Shown here piece by piece: positions 34,333-45,501 of a stretch of 64,000 nucleotides of DNA. The number at the start of each line of letters is the position of its first letter. Position 1 is the first letter of the stretch. A program made the translations under genes and the position numbers. Source of the stretch: Candidatus Bathyarchaeota archaeon (GTDB lineage Archaea > Thermoproteota > Bathyarchaeia > Bathyarchaeales > DTEX01). Under the pieces are notes generated by a model. It was not told the origin of the DNA and did no database searches. It was given only the letters and a program-made list of their open reading frames with translations. The DNA lies in contig CAVQNT010000006.1 in assembly GCA_963714275.1 (NCBI GenBank), positions 1 through 64,000 on the forward strand, given 5' to 3'.

Positions 34333-36156
34333 ATGTTCAGGACATTCACCTCGGATGCTAAGTCGCTGATAAAAGGCAACATTAGGGCACTCACCATCCG
34401 AGATATGCTTTATACAATGATCGCTGGACTAACTGGCGGACTAGACGCATTATACGTGAAAGAGGTTTTGGGAGCTGACGCTATAGTCCTTGGGCTTCTC
34501 GCTTCAATATGGTCCGCTGCCTTCCTGTTTTTTATCTTGATCGGTGGATGGATGTCTGATCATTACGAGCGAAAAAAAATGTTAATTATTGGGATGGCTT
34601 TAACCTTGCCTAATCCAATCATATTTGCCTTAGCGCCTGACTGGAGAGTCACAGTTCTCGCTAACCTTCTTGGGGCTTTGGGAGCAGCCTTCTCAGCTCC
34701 TGCATATGTCGCGTTGCTTTACTCTTCCTCGGAGCAGAAAACAAGAAGCCGGGTCCTCGCAGTTATGAACACTCTGATATGCTTGGTTAACGTGTTTGTT
34801 CCACCTTTAGGCGCATTAGCCATTCAGAGGTTTGGAGGCTTGTATGAGATTCGGAAAGTCTTTATTGCCCAGTTCTTTTTGTCGATTATCGTCTTATTTT
34901 TGACAAACAAAAAATTAAAAAGTTCAGTTAAACATGCAAATGCTCAACCAAAGGGTTTCATTGATTCAATAAAAAGCATCTTTGGACAGATGACTAACAT
35001 CTACAAACTATCAAAGAAACGAAAAGCCACAGCATGGCTCTTCATAGCCATATCTGGACCTTGGGCATGGGAAACCATTGCCCCCCTTTGGATCATATAT
35101 GCTGCGGAAATATGCAAGTCTTCATTAATGATTATTGGCTTTCTTCCTGCAGTTTACAGCCTAACCGCGGCTATGCTTTTATATCCGTTGGCTAAGGTAT
35201 CAGACCGGAAGGGCAGAAAAAAAGTCATAATACTTGTCCGCCCTTTTCTATATTTTTGTGTAACTGCATTAATTGTTGGTGGCACTTTCCCAGAATTAGC
35301 CATAACTCCCCTTATCCCGCTTCTAGCATGGATATTTAGAGCTATTGGAGATTCTTCTGGACCCTCATGGACAGCAGCTTCGACAGAGGTGATTCCAGAC
35401 GAACTGCAAAGCGAATGGGAAGCAACGAGAGACTTCCTGTGGAGAGTAATGACCATCCCAGCTGCTATTTTCGGAGGACTGTTGTGGAACGTGGACCCGA
35501 GACTGCCTTTCGTTTGCGCCTTTCTCGTGGATGGATTAGTGAGATTACCAATATTGATTCGCCTTATTCCAGAGACTCTAATCGTTTACAAGTCTCCTCA
35601 ACCTCCAGGTCCACATGTAATCGTTTATGGTTTGCCTTCATCTGGAAGAACATCTATCGCCCAACTTATCCAGAAAAAGTTGGATTTGTTACTAATCGAA
35701 CAACCAAGCACAAAACAAAGGCAACAAATCCACCAACCCCTTTTCAAGTTTACTTTCTTTGGCGACCGAAAACACATAAAGATGGATGACCAAGTATCAG
35801 AAGCGCTTTCACAAAAGAAAACCGCGTCGGTAATTGAAGGAGAAGCAGACTTTATTTGCTGCTAACGAAAAGGACAAAGGCGTAATAGTCCTACTTGTCG
35901 CCTCAAAAGATGAAAGGATACGTAGAAAAACTGGCAATTCCCAAGAGCCGGAGTTTGTAGCTTAAGAGAGCTCGAAGAAAAAGACCGCGAAGTCGTAAGA
36001 CTTACGAGGCAACTTTACGGAGTAGATATTTCGAAGCTTCCACCGTTCGATATTGCCATTAACACTGAGAGGATTTCACCTGAAAAAATCGTAAAATTTA
36101 TTTCTATGCTACGAGAAAAAGACGAAATAATTAAAGATCTACAAAAAAACAGGTAA
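34333..36156 (+). CDS. MFS transporter fused to C-terminal cytidylate-kinase-like P-loop domain, frameshifted
   Basis: MFS loops GGWMSDHYERK and SDRKGRK; in-frame VYGLPSSGRTSIA; continuation LVASKDERIRR...LYGVDI...FDIAINTE to TAA 36154-36156. Confidence 0.8.
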
Positions 36157-36211
36157 TTCACGTTTTTTAAACAATGATTTATATAGGTGTCGAATGATGC
36201 AGTCAAGCCAG

Positions 36212-36683
36212 ATGCTTAAAAAAGAAAGAGAAATGAACAAGGCAGAGATGGAAGAATTCTTATACGAAGCTTAAGGTTGGCAGACTGGGAATCTGCCACA
36301 ACAATGAGCCGTACATTGTGCCAGTATTATTCGCCTATGACAGAGAAACCGAAACAATTTACATTCACTGCGCTAAAAAGGGCAAAAAAATAGATATAAT
36401 GAAAACAAATCCATATGTTTGCTTTGAGACCGACAAAATGTCAACGATAATAATCGATAAATCGCCATGCAACTCTAGTCTAACATATCGTAGTGTGATC
36501 GCGTTCGGCGTAGTTACATTTATCAATGACCCTAAAGTAAAAGCCCAAGTCTTAAACATGCTAATACGAAAATACGCCAACGAAACTAAAATCGAATTTG
36601 TTATTCCAGAAATGACAGAAAATACGCAGGTTATCATAGTAAAAATAGTATCAAAAACAGGGAAACAAAATAAAAAAGCCTAA
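36212..36683 (+). CDS. Pyridoxamine 5'-phosphate oxidase-like (NimA) flavin-binding protein, frameshifted
   Basis: VGRLGICHNNEPYIVPV, IYIHCAKKGKK, NPYVCFE, YRSVIAFG. Confidence 0.85.
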
Positions 36684-37770
36684 AGATTCCTATATTCGGT
36701 TTTTGAGTTCAATGGAGAGAAGCTTAGTTCCTTCTCCGCTATCTTTTGCTGCCAAGGTTCAAAATTAGAAATTTTGAATAGGCTATTAACAAGTTTGATG
36801 CTTTTCTGTAAGTGAATTTTGATTTCGCCTTTTTCGCTTCTTTCTTTAGTTGTATAAATTGTGGTTTGTCTGTTTGACCAGTCTCCAGGTTGATCGGACC
36901 CAGGTATGAACTCAGGCAAGAACCTATCTAAAGTTTCGATGTCAACTATACTTCCAAGTTCCCTTATTTTTCCAGTTTCTTCCCAATAGCTTTTCGTCGA
37001 CTCCATACAATGTCATGTCATACCCGTTGAAAGTCAAGTCAGTTATGTCTTCAATTGCGAAGGCCATTAACTCGATACCATGTTTCTTAGTAGTTTCGCT
37101 TATTAGCTTTAAACCAGACATTGAGATGAATCCGTAGAGAATTAATGTGCGAATAGAAGACCCGACTTCCCTACATTGTTCAACAAGCCTTTTAATCGAT
37201 ATTTGACCTGTTTTACCTATTGCCTATGTGTCAGGCTTCAACACAATAATTTCTTTATCATGAGGTAGTTCGACAAAATCCTTGTAAACAATATTTAAAC
37301 TCATAGAGGCTTCTTCGTCATGACTTCTATAGGAAGGATGCATATAACGAGGACGAATCCATACATTCCTTAACTTCTTAAGCCCCATGATTGCCCTAAA
37401 AGCTCTGTGCAGCTCGTATCCTGGAGATGCCCTCAAAACGTTTTCAAAAACAATATAATTTGCATCTACTTTTGAAAGTTTTGCCAGACTCATTTATGGC
37501 TTTTCCAGCCTCCAATGCTGCCTCAAACGCGAGGATTTTTAATGAATCTCCGACCATGTGAGGGTGGCACGCAATCTTTCTTCCCTGAGGTGTGTTAATT
37601 ATGAAAAGTTTGTCTGCTAGGTCTGGTCTATGGACTTCAAAAATGTTTGTCGAAGGATTTAAACCTTTAATTAAGACTTTGCTTGTTGACTTTACGTCAA
37701 TACTATATTCATCTATTATTCTATGGAACCTTGCATCATTAATTTGAGGGATTGTCGCTGGCACATTCAT
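36680..37770 (-). CDS. Hypothetical protein, divergent phosphoribosyltransferase (UPRTase-like) fold; frameshifts and in-frame stop
   Basis: ENVLRASPG and IVLKPDT*AIGKT resemble UPRT ILRAG and DPMLATG motifs; three ORF pieces read continuously. Confidence 0.5.
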
Positions 37771-37922
37771 CGCACCATGTTTAATTCAAATACAAAGCCA
37801 TAATTTTCGCGTATGCTCTATTTTTAACATATATTAATCGTGGAATAAATTTACCCAACAGCAAATTAAATATAAAACTTTGATATTCAACTTCCTTTTA
37901 ACATTCACGACACAATAAATGT

Positions 37923-38786
37923 TCATTTGAGCGTTCCAGTGAAGAAAGAAATCATTCCAAAAAGCATCCAGACCAATACGAGATTCTTTGTGCGTCTTGC
38001 GTTCTCTCTGGAAGAATTCTTGATAAGCATGATTGAAGAAACCGAAAATCCTGCGTCTGCAACTATAACAAAGGGAATATACCATATGGAAAATATGCCA
38101 AGAAGCCACGGAACCAAGCTGAGAAATACGGCGGAAAAAAAGAAAAATGAAGACACGACTGAAGCGACTTTGCTTCCGTAAATGACCATGATGGTTCTCA
38201 TTTTCCTTGCCTTGTCGCCTTCATCATCCACAATTCCCTTCGCAACCTCGCGTCCAGTGTTCGACAAAAATGCCAAAGCCGAGAACAGCAAGACCTTTAA
38301 ACTGAAGCCTTGACCAACAATGAAGCTACCGTAGATGAAGGGAATTGCGACGCATGCGCTGACAAGGAAATTTCCAGGCAACCCAGTTCTTTTTCCTTTT
38401 GTCGCGTACGTGACTGAAACCGCTAATGAAATTGTCACTATTAATATGGGCATAAGGGAAGGCGGATTGACGAAGGCTGATGCCGTTATACCTACAAGAA
38501 TGAGGATTAAGGCGAAAATTATGCTTTCTCGACGTTTAACAGTTCCGCTTGGGAGTGGACGATGTGGCACGTTTATTTTGTCAATGTCGTAATCATAATA
38601 GTCGTTTATTGCCATCGAGGCGCCTGTAAGCGTGAATGCTGTAGTGAATCCTAATAAAAGGGTCAGGGCAACATTTGTAGAGAACGTTTCCGCCAATGCC
38701 AAAGAAGCGCCAACAATGACAGCAAGACCCATCATCAGCCCGTTAATCGGACGGAGAAGCCTAATGAAACCTACGACTCTGCTCAT
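37923..38786 (-). CDS. Digeranylgeranylglyceryl phosphate synthase (UbiA family)
   Basis: LLRPIN, INDYYDYDIDKINVPHRPLPSG, REVAKGIVDDEGD. Confidence 0.9.
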   Translation of the reverse strand: MSRVVGFIRLLRPINGLMMGLAVIVGASLALAETFSTNVALTLLLGFTTAFTLTGASMAINDYYDYDIDKINVPHRPLPSGTVKRRESIIFALILILVGITASAFVNPPSLMPILIVTISLAVSVTYATKGKRTGLPGNFLVSACVAIPFIYGSFIVGQGFSLKVLLFSALAFLSNTGREVAKGIVDDEGDKARKMRTIMVIYGSKVASVVSSFFFFSAVFLSLVPWLLGIFSIWYIPFVIVADAGFSVSSIMLIKNSSRENARRTKNLVLVWMLFGMISFFTGTLK

Positions 38787-38882
38787 TGCCGAAACACAGC
38801 CAACTTTTATAATAAAGAGGATGTCGGGTCGGATAATTGTTTTTCGGGAATGTGTTCAAGAAAGCTATCTAGCACAAGCTAG

Positions 38883-38900
38883 TGGATACAAAAGCATCAA
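38883..38900 (-). repeat. Copy 1 of 18-bp site TTGATGCTTTTGTATCCA (reverse orientation)
   Basis: + strand reads TGGATACAAAAGCATCAA; intergenic. Confidence 0.95.
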
Positions 38901-38995
38901 TAAACTTCACATTTTTTCATCGTGTCAAATAGTTTATCTTATTTGTGACTACCGCAAAAAGAGACTTTTGGTAAACCAAGAGAATTCCGAATATT

Positions 38996-40198
38996 CTAAT
39001 CATACGATGGTCTCGAAGTTGCAGTCACATTCACGGTTGTTGTTTCCCCCGATCTCCAAACAGTAAGAGTGATGGTTTGTCCAGGCGACACGTGTTCCTC
39101 AATATAGGCAGTCCATTCAGCAATTGTTCGAGTTGGATGCCCATCGACAGCCAGCACAATGTCTCTCGCCATATACTCAGTTTGACCTTCAGGATCTGTC
39201 GTTTCAACTACGCCTTTTAAACCTGCCTGTTCCGCAGGATAATTTTTAATTACATCCCAAACGAGTAATCCGGACTGGAAAGGCTCAACATTAAGAATAT
39301 TATCATCCTTTATTACTTCTGGCGTTAACTCAAGAAGGTAGAATCCAATAAAAGGGTGACTATAGAAGCTTTTCTCAATTATTGATGCTACAACACGTTT
39401 AACAATGTTTGAGGTTATGGCGAAGTTGAAACCGTAAGATGTTCCAGCGTTCGTTATGCCAACAACGTTTCCATACAAATCTAAAAGCGGACCTCCAGAG
39501 TTTCCAGGAGCCAAAGTAATGTCCAGCTGAATCACGGGAACCGTTATAGGCACTTCGTCTAACTCGATGATTTTGTTTACTTGGCTTACGTAGCCTGAGG
39601 ATAAGCTTCCTGTGAGTCCAAGCGGATTACCTATAGCGATGACTTGTTGTCCAACATAAAGGTCTGAGGAGTTTCCCAGTTTTAGTGGCTTCGCTTCTGG
39701 GGGTGAACTGGGCACCATCAAAACTGCGACATCGGAGTATGCGTCTATTCCCACAAGCGAGGCACGTCTTCTTGTTCCATCATAGAACTGGACATTAATT
39801 TCCGTCTCACCTTCTACGACATGCCAATTTGTGAGAATCATGTTTGTGCTGTTGAAAAGGAATCCTGACCCTTGTCGTGTGTTTGTGGTTATAACGACAA
39901 CAGACTGGTAAGTTGACTGATAAATTTCAGCTGGTGTCTGATTCACAATATGGGATAAAGACTTTCCTAGCTCAGAAACTTTTGCTTCCAACTGGCTGAG
40001 TAAGGATCTTATCTCTGTAACGTTACCCAATGAAGTCTGGTTAATCTCCCCCAAGGTTTCAGTCAGGTTTGCCAGTTCAGCAGCCACGTGTTGTTGTGCC
40101 TGAATATTATTATAAATCAAATAAGTGTTAACGCTGGACAGGGCTATTGCGACAACACATAAGATGGCCAAAAATTTAGTTACTTTGATAGGCATCAT
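38996..40198 (-). CDS. HtrA/DegP-like trypsin serine protease with PDZ domain, membrane anchored
   Basis: GSGF, LTNWHVV, SDVAVL, IGNPLGL, PGNSGGPL; N-terminal TM and coiled coil. Confidence 0.93.
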   Translation of the reverse strand: MMPIKVTKFLAILCVVAIALSSVNTYLIYNNIQAQQHVAAELANLTETLGEINQTSLGNVTEIRSLLSQLEAKVSELGKSLSHIVNQTPAEIYQSTYQSVVVITTNTRQGSGFLFNSTNMILTNWHVVEGETEINVQFYDGTRRRASLVGIDAYSDVAVLMVPSSPPEAKPLKLGNSSDLYVGQQVIAIGNPLGLTGSLSSGYVSQVNKIIELDEVPITVPVIQLDITLAPGNSGGPLLDLYGNVVGITNAGTSYGFNFAITSNIVKRVVASIIEKSFYSHPFIGFYLLELTPEVIKDDNILNVEPFQSGLLVWDVIKNYPAEQAGLKGVVETTDPEGQTEYMARDIVLAVDGHPTRTIAEWTAYIEEHVSPGQTITLTVWRSGETTTVNVTATSRPSYD

Positions 40199-40272
40199 CC
40201 ATTCCCTCTTATATTGAAACGAGCATTGATGCTCTAAAACTTTTTCATTGATGCATGCCAAATGGACGGATT

Positions 40273-40717
40273 TCAGGAATTTACAAGTTCTGAGCTTTCA
40301 TCATTGTCACGGACAACGTAGTTATCGATTTTGTCCGCAACCTTAAAGACCCACTTGTAAGGAAATTTGCCTGCTAAAACTGCTTTCTTTTTGTCGTAAA
40401 CTTCGAACATGCCAAGAAAGTCAACAAGCTCTTAACCTGCTCTTGCTTAAAGTATACTCTGTCCGAGCTTGTGGACTTTACTTCAAAAGCAAAAACACAG
40501 TCACCCTTAGCCGCAAAAACATCAGGCAACGGCTCAGAACTCGGAGCAGAAACAGGAACCCTAACAGCTTTGAACCCTTTAACTCTGAGCTTTTTACAAG
40601 GTCCCTTTCTGCACGGTAACCGTGTACCCTTATCCGCCTGCTTTCGCTGCTTGAAAGCTTTCGACCCTTTCGTTTGCTTTTGGGTTTTGTTTTTTCAGCT
40701 ATGTCTCTAAGAGACAA
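40273..40717 (-). CDS. Hjc-like PD-(D/E)xK Holliday junction resolvase family nuclease, frameshifted
   Basis: Joined frames: GYRAERDLVKKLRVKGFKAVRVPVS...LPDVFAAKGDCVFAFEVKST. Confidence 0.8.
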
Positions 40718-40728
40718 AGTCTTCGCCT

Positions 40729-41032
40729 TTAGCTTTGCGGTTCTTCCAGTTGACGAATGGCCAATCGGACAAGGTCTTGGAGCCAGTCTGAAAAAGTAGG
40801 CGCATTAGCGTACTTTTGATATTTTTTTCTGTACGGAACCTTTAAGATCATGTGAAGGTTAATCATTCTTCGAACATAGTATTTTGCTGTTGACCTTGGG
40901 ATTCCAGACTTCACTGGCAAGGTCTCCGCTCGTAAACACCATTTTTAGCCTAGAATATGCTCTTAAAACATCTGCTGGAAAAGGCATGGACAAATTTACT
41001 ATCTCAATTAAATCTTTACTTAACTGAACCAT
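40729..41032 (-). CDS. Small HTH protein, frameshifted
   Basis: FTSGDLASE/SGIPRSTAKYYVRRMINLHMILKV resembles wHTH; ATG at 41032. Confidence 0.6.
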
Positions 41033-41343
41033 TTTTTAGCCTTCTTTTCGGTTCAAAAATATGACTTTCATCCTTATAAGACATTCTGATGATTTTACAC
41101 AAAATAATATTTTGATACAAACTAAAATTTATGTAATATTCGTGATCTGGACTGCATTGGACGAGTCTTTTTTTTCATTTTTGCTTAGTGCAGTGGATTT
41201 CTATTAAGTAAAAATCATTTTTATATTTTATTCACGCTTTTGGACTAATTTAAAGTCTATGAAGTAATTATAGAAAATAAAATTTTAATGATGTGATATG
41301 GACTTACTTTTAGCCCATATTTTTGAAAAATTTACATAATTAA

Positions 41344-42018
41344 TTAAAAATGCATTATTTGGTTCAGATAAGCTGGCATTGATGTGAGAAAGTCTCTTAG
41401 TTGTAACACGGGGACTATGGGTACGCCTTTGTGAAATTTTTGGTTTCCAGGCGCCAGAGACAAAATCATCGGCACAAAATGTGCATGTTTCCAGTTTCCC
41501 ATTCCAATCTTGTCGTTTATGGACTTGGATGCCTTGGAAAGGTTCTTGGTTCTTTCAGCCTGCATTTCAGCGGCTTTTCTGCTTCCTGATCCGCTCCATC
41601 CGTGATGCCAGTGTTTGCAATCAGCGCACACGATTAGTGGTTCTTTAAGCGCCAAAATGTCGATTTCCCATCTTCGATTTACCCAGGTGAATCTGAAATG
41701 TTTTTTAGTTTCATAATTATTGGCTTTGAACGCTATGATAGAGATATCTTCGAATTCAAGCCAAGTCAACGAATCACAAATTCTTTCAATATCCGCTCCT
41801 TGCTTCACAATCTTCATAACCAACTTTAAACGTTGCTCAGAACTGATACTTACTGACCTTGATGAAGGAGCATAGGTTACGAGGTTAACGTGTTTTCTCA
41901 AAACTTCCCTCACGATCTGAACTGGAACATGGGCTTCTTGGCTAATTTCTTCTAGCTCCGTTATGCCCTCTTTTGTTAGTTTAAGCAGCGAAACCAGAAC
42001 TCCACGTTCAGCGAGCAA
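41344..42018 (-). CDS. Mrr/NERD-like restriction-endonuclease-fold protein with N-terminal HTH
   Basis: WLEFE, RRWEIDILA, CADCKHW PD-(D/E)xK-like motif. Confidence 0.75.
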   Translation of the reverse strand: MLAERGVLVSLLKLTKEGITELEEISQEAHVPVQIVREVLRKHVNLVTYAPSSRSVSISSEQRLKLVMKIVKQGADIERICDSLTWLEFEDISIIAFKANNYETKKHFRFTWVNRRWEIDILALKEPLIVCADCKHWHHGWSGSGSRKAAEMQAERTKNLSKASKSINDKIGMGNWKHAHFVPMILSLAPGNQKFHKGVPIVPVLQLRDFLTSMPAYLNQIMHF

Positions 42019-42134
42019 TGTAAACCGAATGAATATTAGTTATGAGGTTGATAAAAATATTTAAAAACGGTGAGACTTCAAATCGAAGGCAAATTGTTCG
42101 TTTTGTTTTTAAGTAGACCATTATTGGAGGGGAA

Positions 42135-42157
42135 TTGTTGATGCTTTTGTATCCATT
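42135..42157 (+). repeat. Copy 2 of repeated site (23 bp identical to copy 3)
   Basis: TTGTTGATGCTTTTGTATCCATT; intergenic. Confidence 0.95.
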
Positions 42158-42254
42158 TTAAACTTGACCACCAAAATTTTCAATGGACATTATAAAATAT
42201 TTGTAGATAAACAAATTTATTAAAAACATGAGATTATTCAATTAATAAGGTGAA

Positions 42255-42764
42255 ATGAAAGTGAAATCGTTAATGGTCAAGGCGAAGAAGCTGACAGCAA
42301 ATTCATTCTTCAAGTTTGGCAAGGTGGCTGACGCTCACACAATTCCGCCCCTAGTCGAAACTGAAAATTTAAAGTTCTGGACAACAATCGCAACCTACAC
42401 GGTCGATGGCGAAACAGAAATAGCACTTTGCCACGTAAAAAAAAGCGTTGATTCTGTTGGATTATTAGAGAGACATGTTAAAACACCCGAAATTCTCGTA
42501 CCAATCAAAGGCGACTTCATATTGCCTGTGGCTCCTGCTGGAAACCTCCAAGATCCAACATTAACCCCTGAAGCTTCCGATGTAGAAGCCTTCCTTGTTC
42601 GTTCAGATCAAGCAGTAGTAATGGAAAAGGGAGTTTGGCACACTGCGCCAGTTCCAGTACATAAAGAGACTTCGTTCTTCGTAATCTTCAAGAAGGAAAC
42701 CACTAAACAAGACGCGGTCTTTAAAAAGCTTAAAAACGATCAAACCGTCAAAGTCATAAGATAG
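42255..42764 (+). CDS. Ureidoglycolate lyase (AllA)-like cupin protein
   Basis: LTANSFFKFG, LERHVKTPE, KGVWHTAP. Confidence 0.8.
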   Translation: MKVKSLMVKAKKLTANSFFKFGKVADAHTIPPLVETENLKFWTTIATYTVDGETEIALCHVKKSVDSVGLLERHVKTPEILVPIKGDFILPVAPAGNLQDPTLTPEASDVEAFLVRSDQAVVMEKGVWHTAPVPVHKETSFFVIFKKETTKQDAVFKKLKNDQTVKVIR

Positions 42765-42813
42765 AACAATTAAGCATTTACAGTTAAATCATATTCATTA
42801 AAAAATACATTAA

Positions 42814-44067
42814 CTATTGTCGGATGTTTCCTCTTCCTAAACCAAAATACTTAATCGTTGTCAAGTGCTGGACGCTCATTGGTCCACGCGCATGTATTTT
42901 TTGGGTGCTTATGCCGATTTCAGCGCCTAGACCGTACTGGCTGCCATCCGTAAACCGGGTTGAAGCGTTCCAGTAGACAGACTGCAGCGTCTACGCGTCG
43001 GATGAACGTTAATGCTTTATTGAAGTCCGATGTAAGGATGGATTCGGAATGTTTGGTTCCATACGTGTTTATATGGGATATAGCTTCTTCGAGCCCCGCG
43101 ACAACTTTGACGCCAATGATGAGGTCCAAGTATTCTGTGTACCAGTCTTCCTCGGTTGCTGGCACAGCATCCGCCACTATCCTGCAAGTTTCTTCGCATC
43201 CTCTGACCTCAACACCGTGGTCTCGGAGCGACTTCACAATCTTTGGCAGAAATAACTCAGCGACATTTCTATGCACTAATAGTTTTTCTGTTGCGTTGCA
43301 GACCCCGGGTCTCTGGCACTTGGCATTGATGATTATGTCGACTGCACGGATTAAGTCTGCGTCATCCTCAACATAAATGTGGCAGTTACCCACCCCAGTC
43401 TCAATAACTGGCACTTTGGAATTTTCAACCACAGCCTTGATCAGGTCCGCTCCGCCTCTGGGAATCAGCACGTCCACGTAGTCCCGCATCGTCATCAGCT
43501 GCGTCAGCTACACTTCTATCTGTAACAGGAATAACCTGAATAGCCCCTTCAGGAATCCCCGATTCAACAGCTGCCTTATTGAGCACCTTCCCTATCATGA
43601 CATTTGAATTAATGGCGTCAGACCCGCCCCTAAGTATCACAGCGTTACCTGATTTCAGGCAAATTCCCGAAGCATCAGATGTAACATCAGGTCTAGATTC
43701 GTAAATTATGGCTACCACGCCTAGTGGAACCCTAAGCTGACCAATGATTAGTCTGTTTGGCAGTGTCCACGTTTTCACTATTTCGCCGATTGGATCAGGA
43801 AGCTGAGCAACTTCCCGTAGGCATTTTGCCATGTTTGATATCCTTTTCTCGTTAACCAAAAGCCTGTCGAGAAGAGCTCTCTTTCACTCTTTTTTTGCGT
43901 GAGGCTTCCATGTCTTTTCTGTTCGCTTCGATTATTGCTTCAGCGTTTTTTTCTAATGCATCCGCCATATTGCATAGAGCCCTATTCTTCGTTTCGGTTG
44001 AAAGTTGCGCCAATGTACATGAGGCTTGCTTTGCCTTCTTGCACATCTTTAAAACCAGGTCAGTCAT
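42814..44067 (-). CDS. proA: Gamma-glutamyl phosphate reductase, frameshifted
   Basis: [61 protein letters not shown]. Confidence 0.95.
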
Positions 44068-44071
44068 GTTT

Positions 44072-45217
44072 TCAAGCTTCCTTTTCATTCAAGTGCATAC
44101 GTTTTCTTGTAACAGTCTCTTTTTGCCTAACGTAACCCAAAGCTTTCTTTACGCTCGAAGTATTCATGCCTTTTATCTGATTTATCTCGTCACTTGTATA
44201 GTTTGCTGTACCCCTTCCGAATTCGTCGCCTTCTGGACCTACGAGACTAACCACATCGCCTACTTGAAATTGCCCGGAGACCGCTTCAATTCCGACGGCC
44301 AGTAGACTTGCTCCTTTCAAAATTGCGTTCCTAGCCCCTTCATTAACGTGGATTTGACCCTTAACTCCTGCACCATAGCCTATCCACCGTTTTATACCCG
44401 GAAGACCTTTATTGTCAGGTATGAAGAGTGTGCCGACATTTTTTCCGTCAAGAATATCGAAAAGAATGTTTGGTCTACGACTATTAGCGATTATAAGGGG
44501 GATGCCGCTACGCATTGCGATTTCAGCTGCCTCGAGCGTTGTTTTCATACCGCCTCTTCCAAGACGGCTTTTACCTTCCGTGGCATTCCTTATTTCAGGC
44601 GTAATTTTCTCTACAACCGGAATCAATTTAGATTCAGGTTTTTCTGGGTTGCTGCTGTAAAGACCATCTACTGTTGTAAGAATAATCACAAGGTCAGCTT
44701 CAACAGCATTCGCTATTAAAGCTGAGAGTATAGAATTGTCGCTGAAGTTAACCTTGTATCCCTTCATAACCGGGATAATTTCGTTAACAGAAGTCACGTC
44801 GTTCTCATTAATAATTGGAACAACGCCGATCTGAAGCAGCCTGTCGAGAACATTGCAGGTGTGAATGTATGAAATCCGGTTAGAAAGGTCATTCTCGGTC
44901 AACAGAACCTGTGCTACCTTTAATCCATGATGCCTGAAAAATTCCCTGTAATGCGACATGAGAATACTTTGACCTGTGGCAGCGCACGCCTGCCTGAAAA
45001 TGATGTCTTTCGGGTTGGGTCGTACGCCCAATTCAGCGATTCCTGACGCTATTGCACCTGAGGTCACGAGTATGACCTTGTTTCCTTGCTGAATGATTTT
45101 TGCGATGTCATCAACAAGTCGCTTCACCTCTACAATGTCTAGGCTTCCGTCTTCTTTTGTGAGGCTTCTTGTTCCAACCTTGATGACAACCAATTTTCCA
45201 GTCATTATGTGTTGCAC
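44072..45217 (-). CDS. proB: Glutamate 5-kinase with PUA domain
   Basis: VVIKVGT, LVTSGAI, AATGQ, PIINEND, GRGGMKT. Confidence 0.95.
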   Translation of the reverse strand: MQHIMTGKLVVIKVGTRSLTKEDGSLDIVEVKRLVDDIAKIIQQGNKVILVTSGAIASGIAELGVRPNPKDIIFRQACAATGQSILMSHYREFFRHHGLKVAQVLLTENDLSNRISYIHTCNVLDRLLQIGVVPIINENDVTSVNEIIPVMKGYKVNFSDNSILSALIANAVEADLVIILTTVDGLYSSNPEKPESKLIPVVEKITPEIRNATEGKSRLGRGGMKTTLEAAEIAMRSGIPLIIANSRRPNILFDILDGKNVGTLFIPDNKGLPGIKRWIGYGAGVKGQIHVNEGARNAILKGASLLAVGIEAVSGQFQVGDVVSLVGPEGDEFGRGTANYTSDEINQIKGMNTSSVKKALGYVRQKETVTRKRMHLNEKEA

Positions 45218-45298
45218 CCAAATCCCTAAGGAATGAGAAGACTTTTAATCTTTTTTATAACCTTATTCGAAAGATTTCATTGACTGGTTCAGGAGTAT

Positions 45299-45321
45299 TT
45301 GTTGATGCTTTTGTATCCATT
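45299..45321 (+). repeat. Copy 3 of repeated site; left inverted repeat of recombinase unit
   Basis: TTGTTGATGCTTTTGTATCCATT. Confidence 0.95.
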
Positions 45322-45501
45322 CATATAAATTTTTACCAGTCACCATTTTGCGATAAATCTGCAATCGCAAATGGCTCATAAATATGACCGAAAACGCCAT
45401 AAATTCCGAATCACCAGAAAAAGAGACTTGAAATCCGAATATTTTTTTCCTTTTATATCAATAATAGGTAAAATATATAATGCCAATCAACGTATTCTTC
45501 G

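Noticed and set aside
37224-37226. In-frame TAG as pyrrolysine read-through
   Set aside because: No pyl genes in the window, not a methylamine methyltransferase, and a comparable in-frame TAA occurs in the alcohol dehydrogenase; a substitution error or nonsense mutation is simpler
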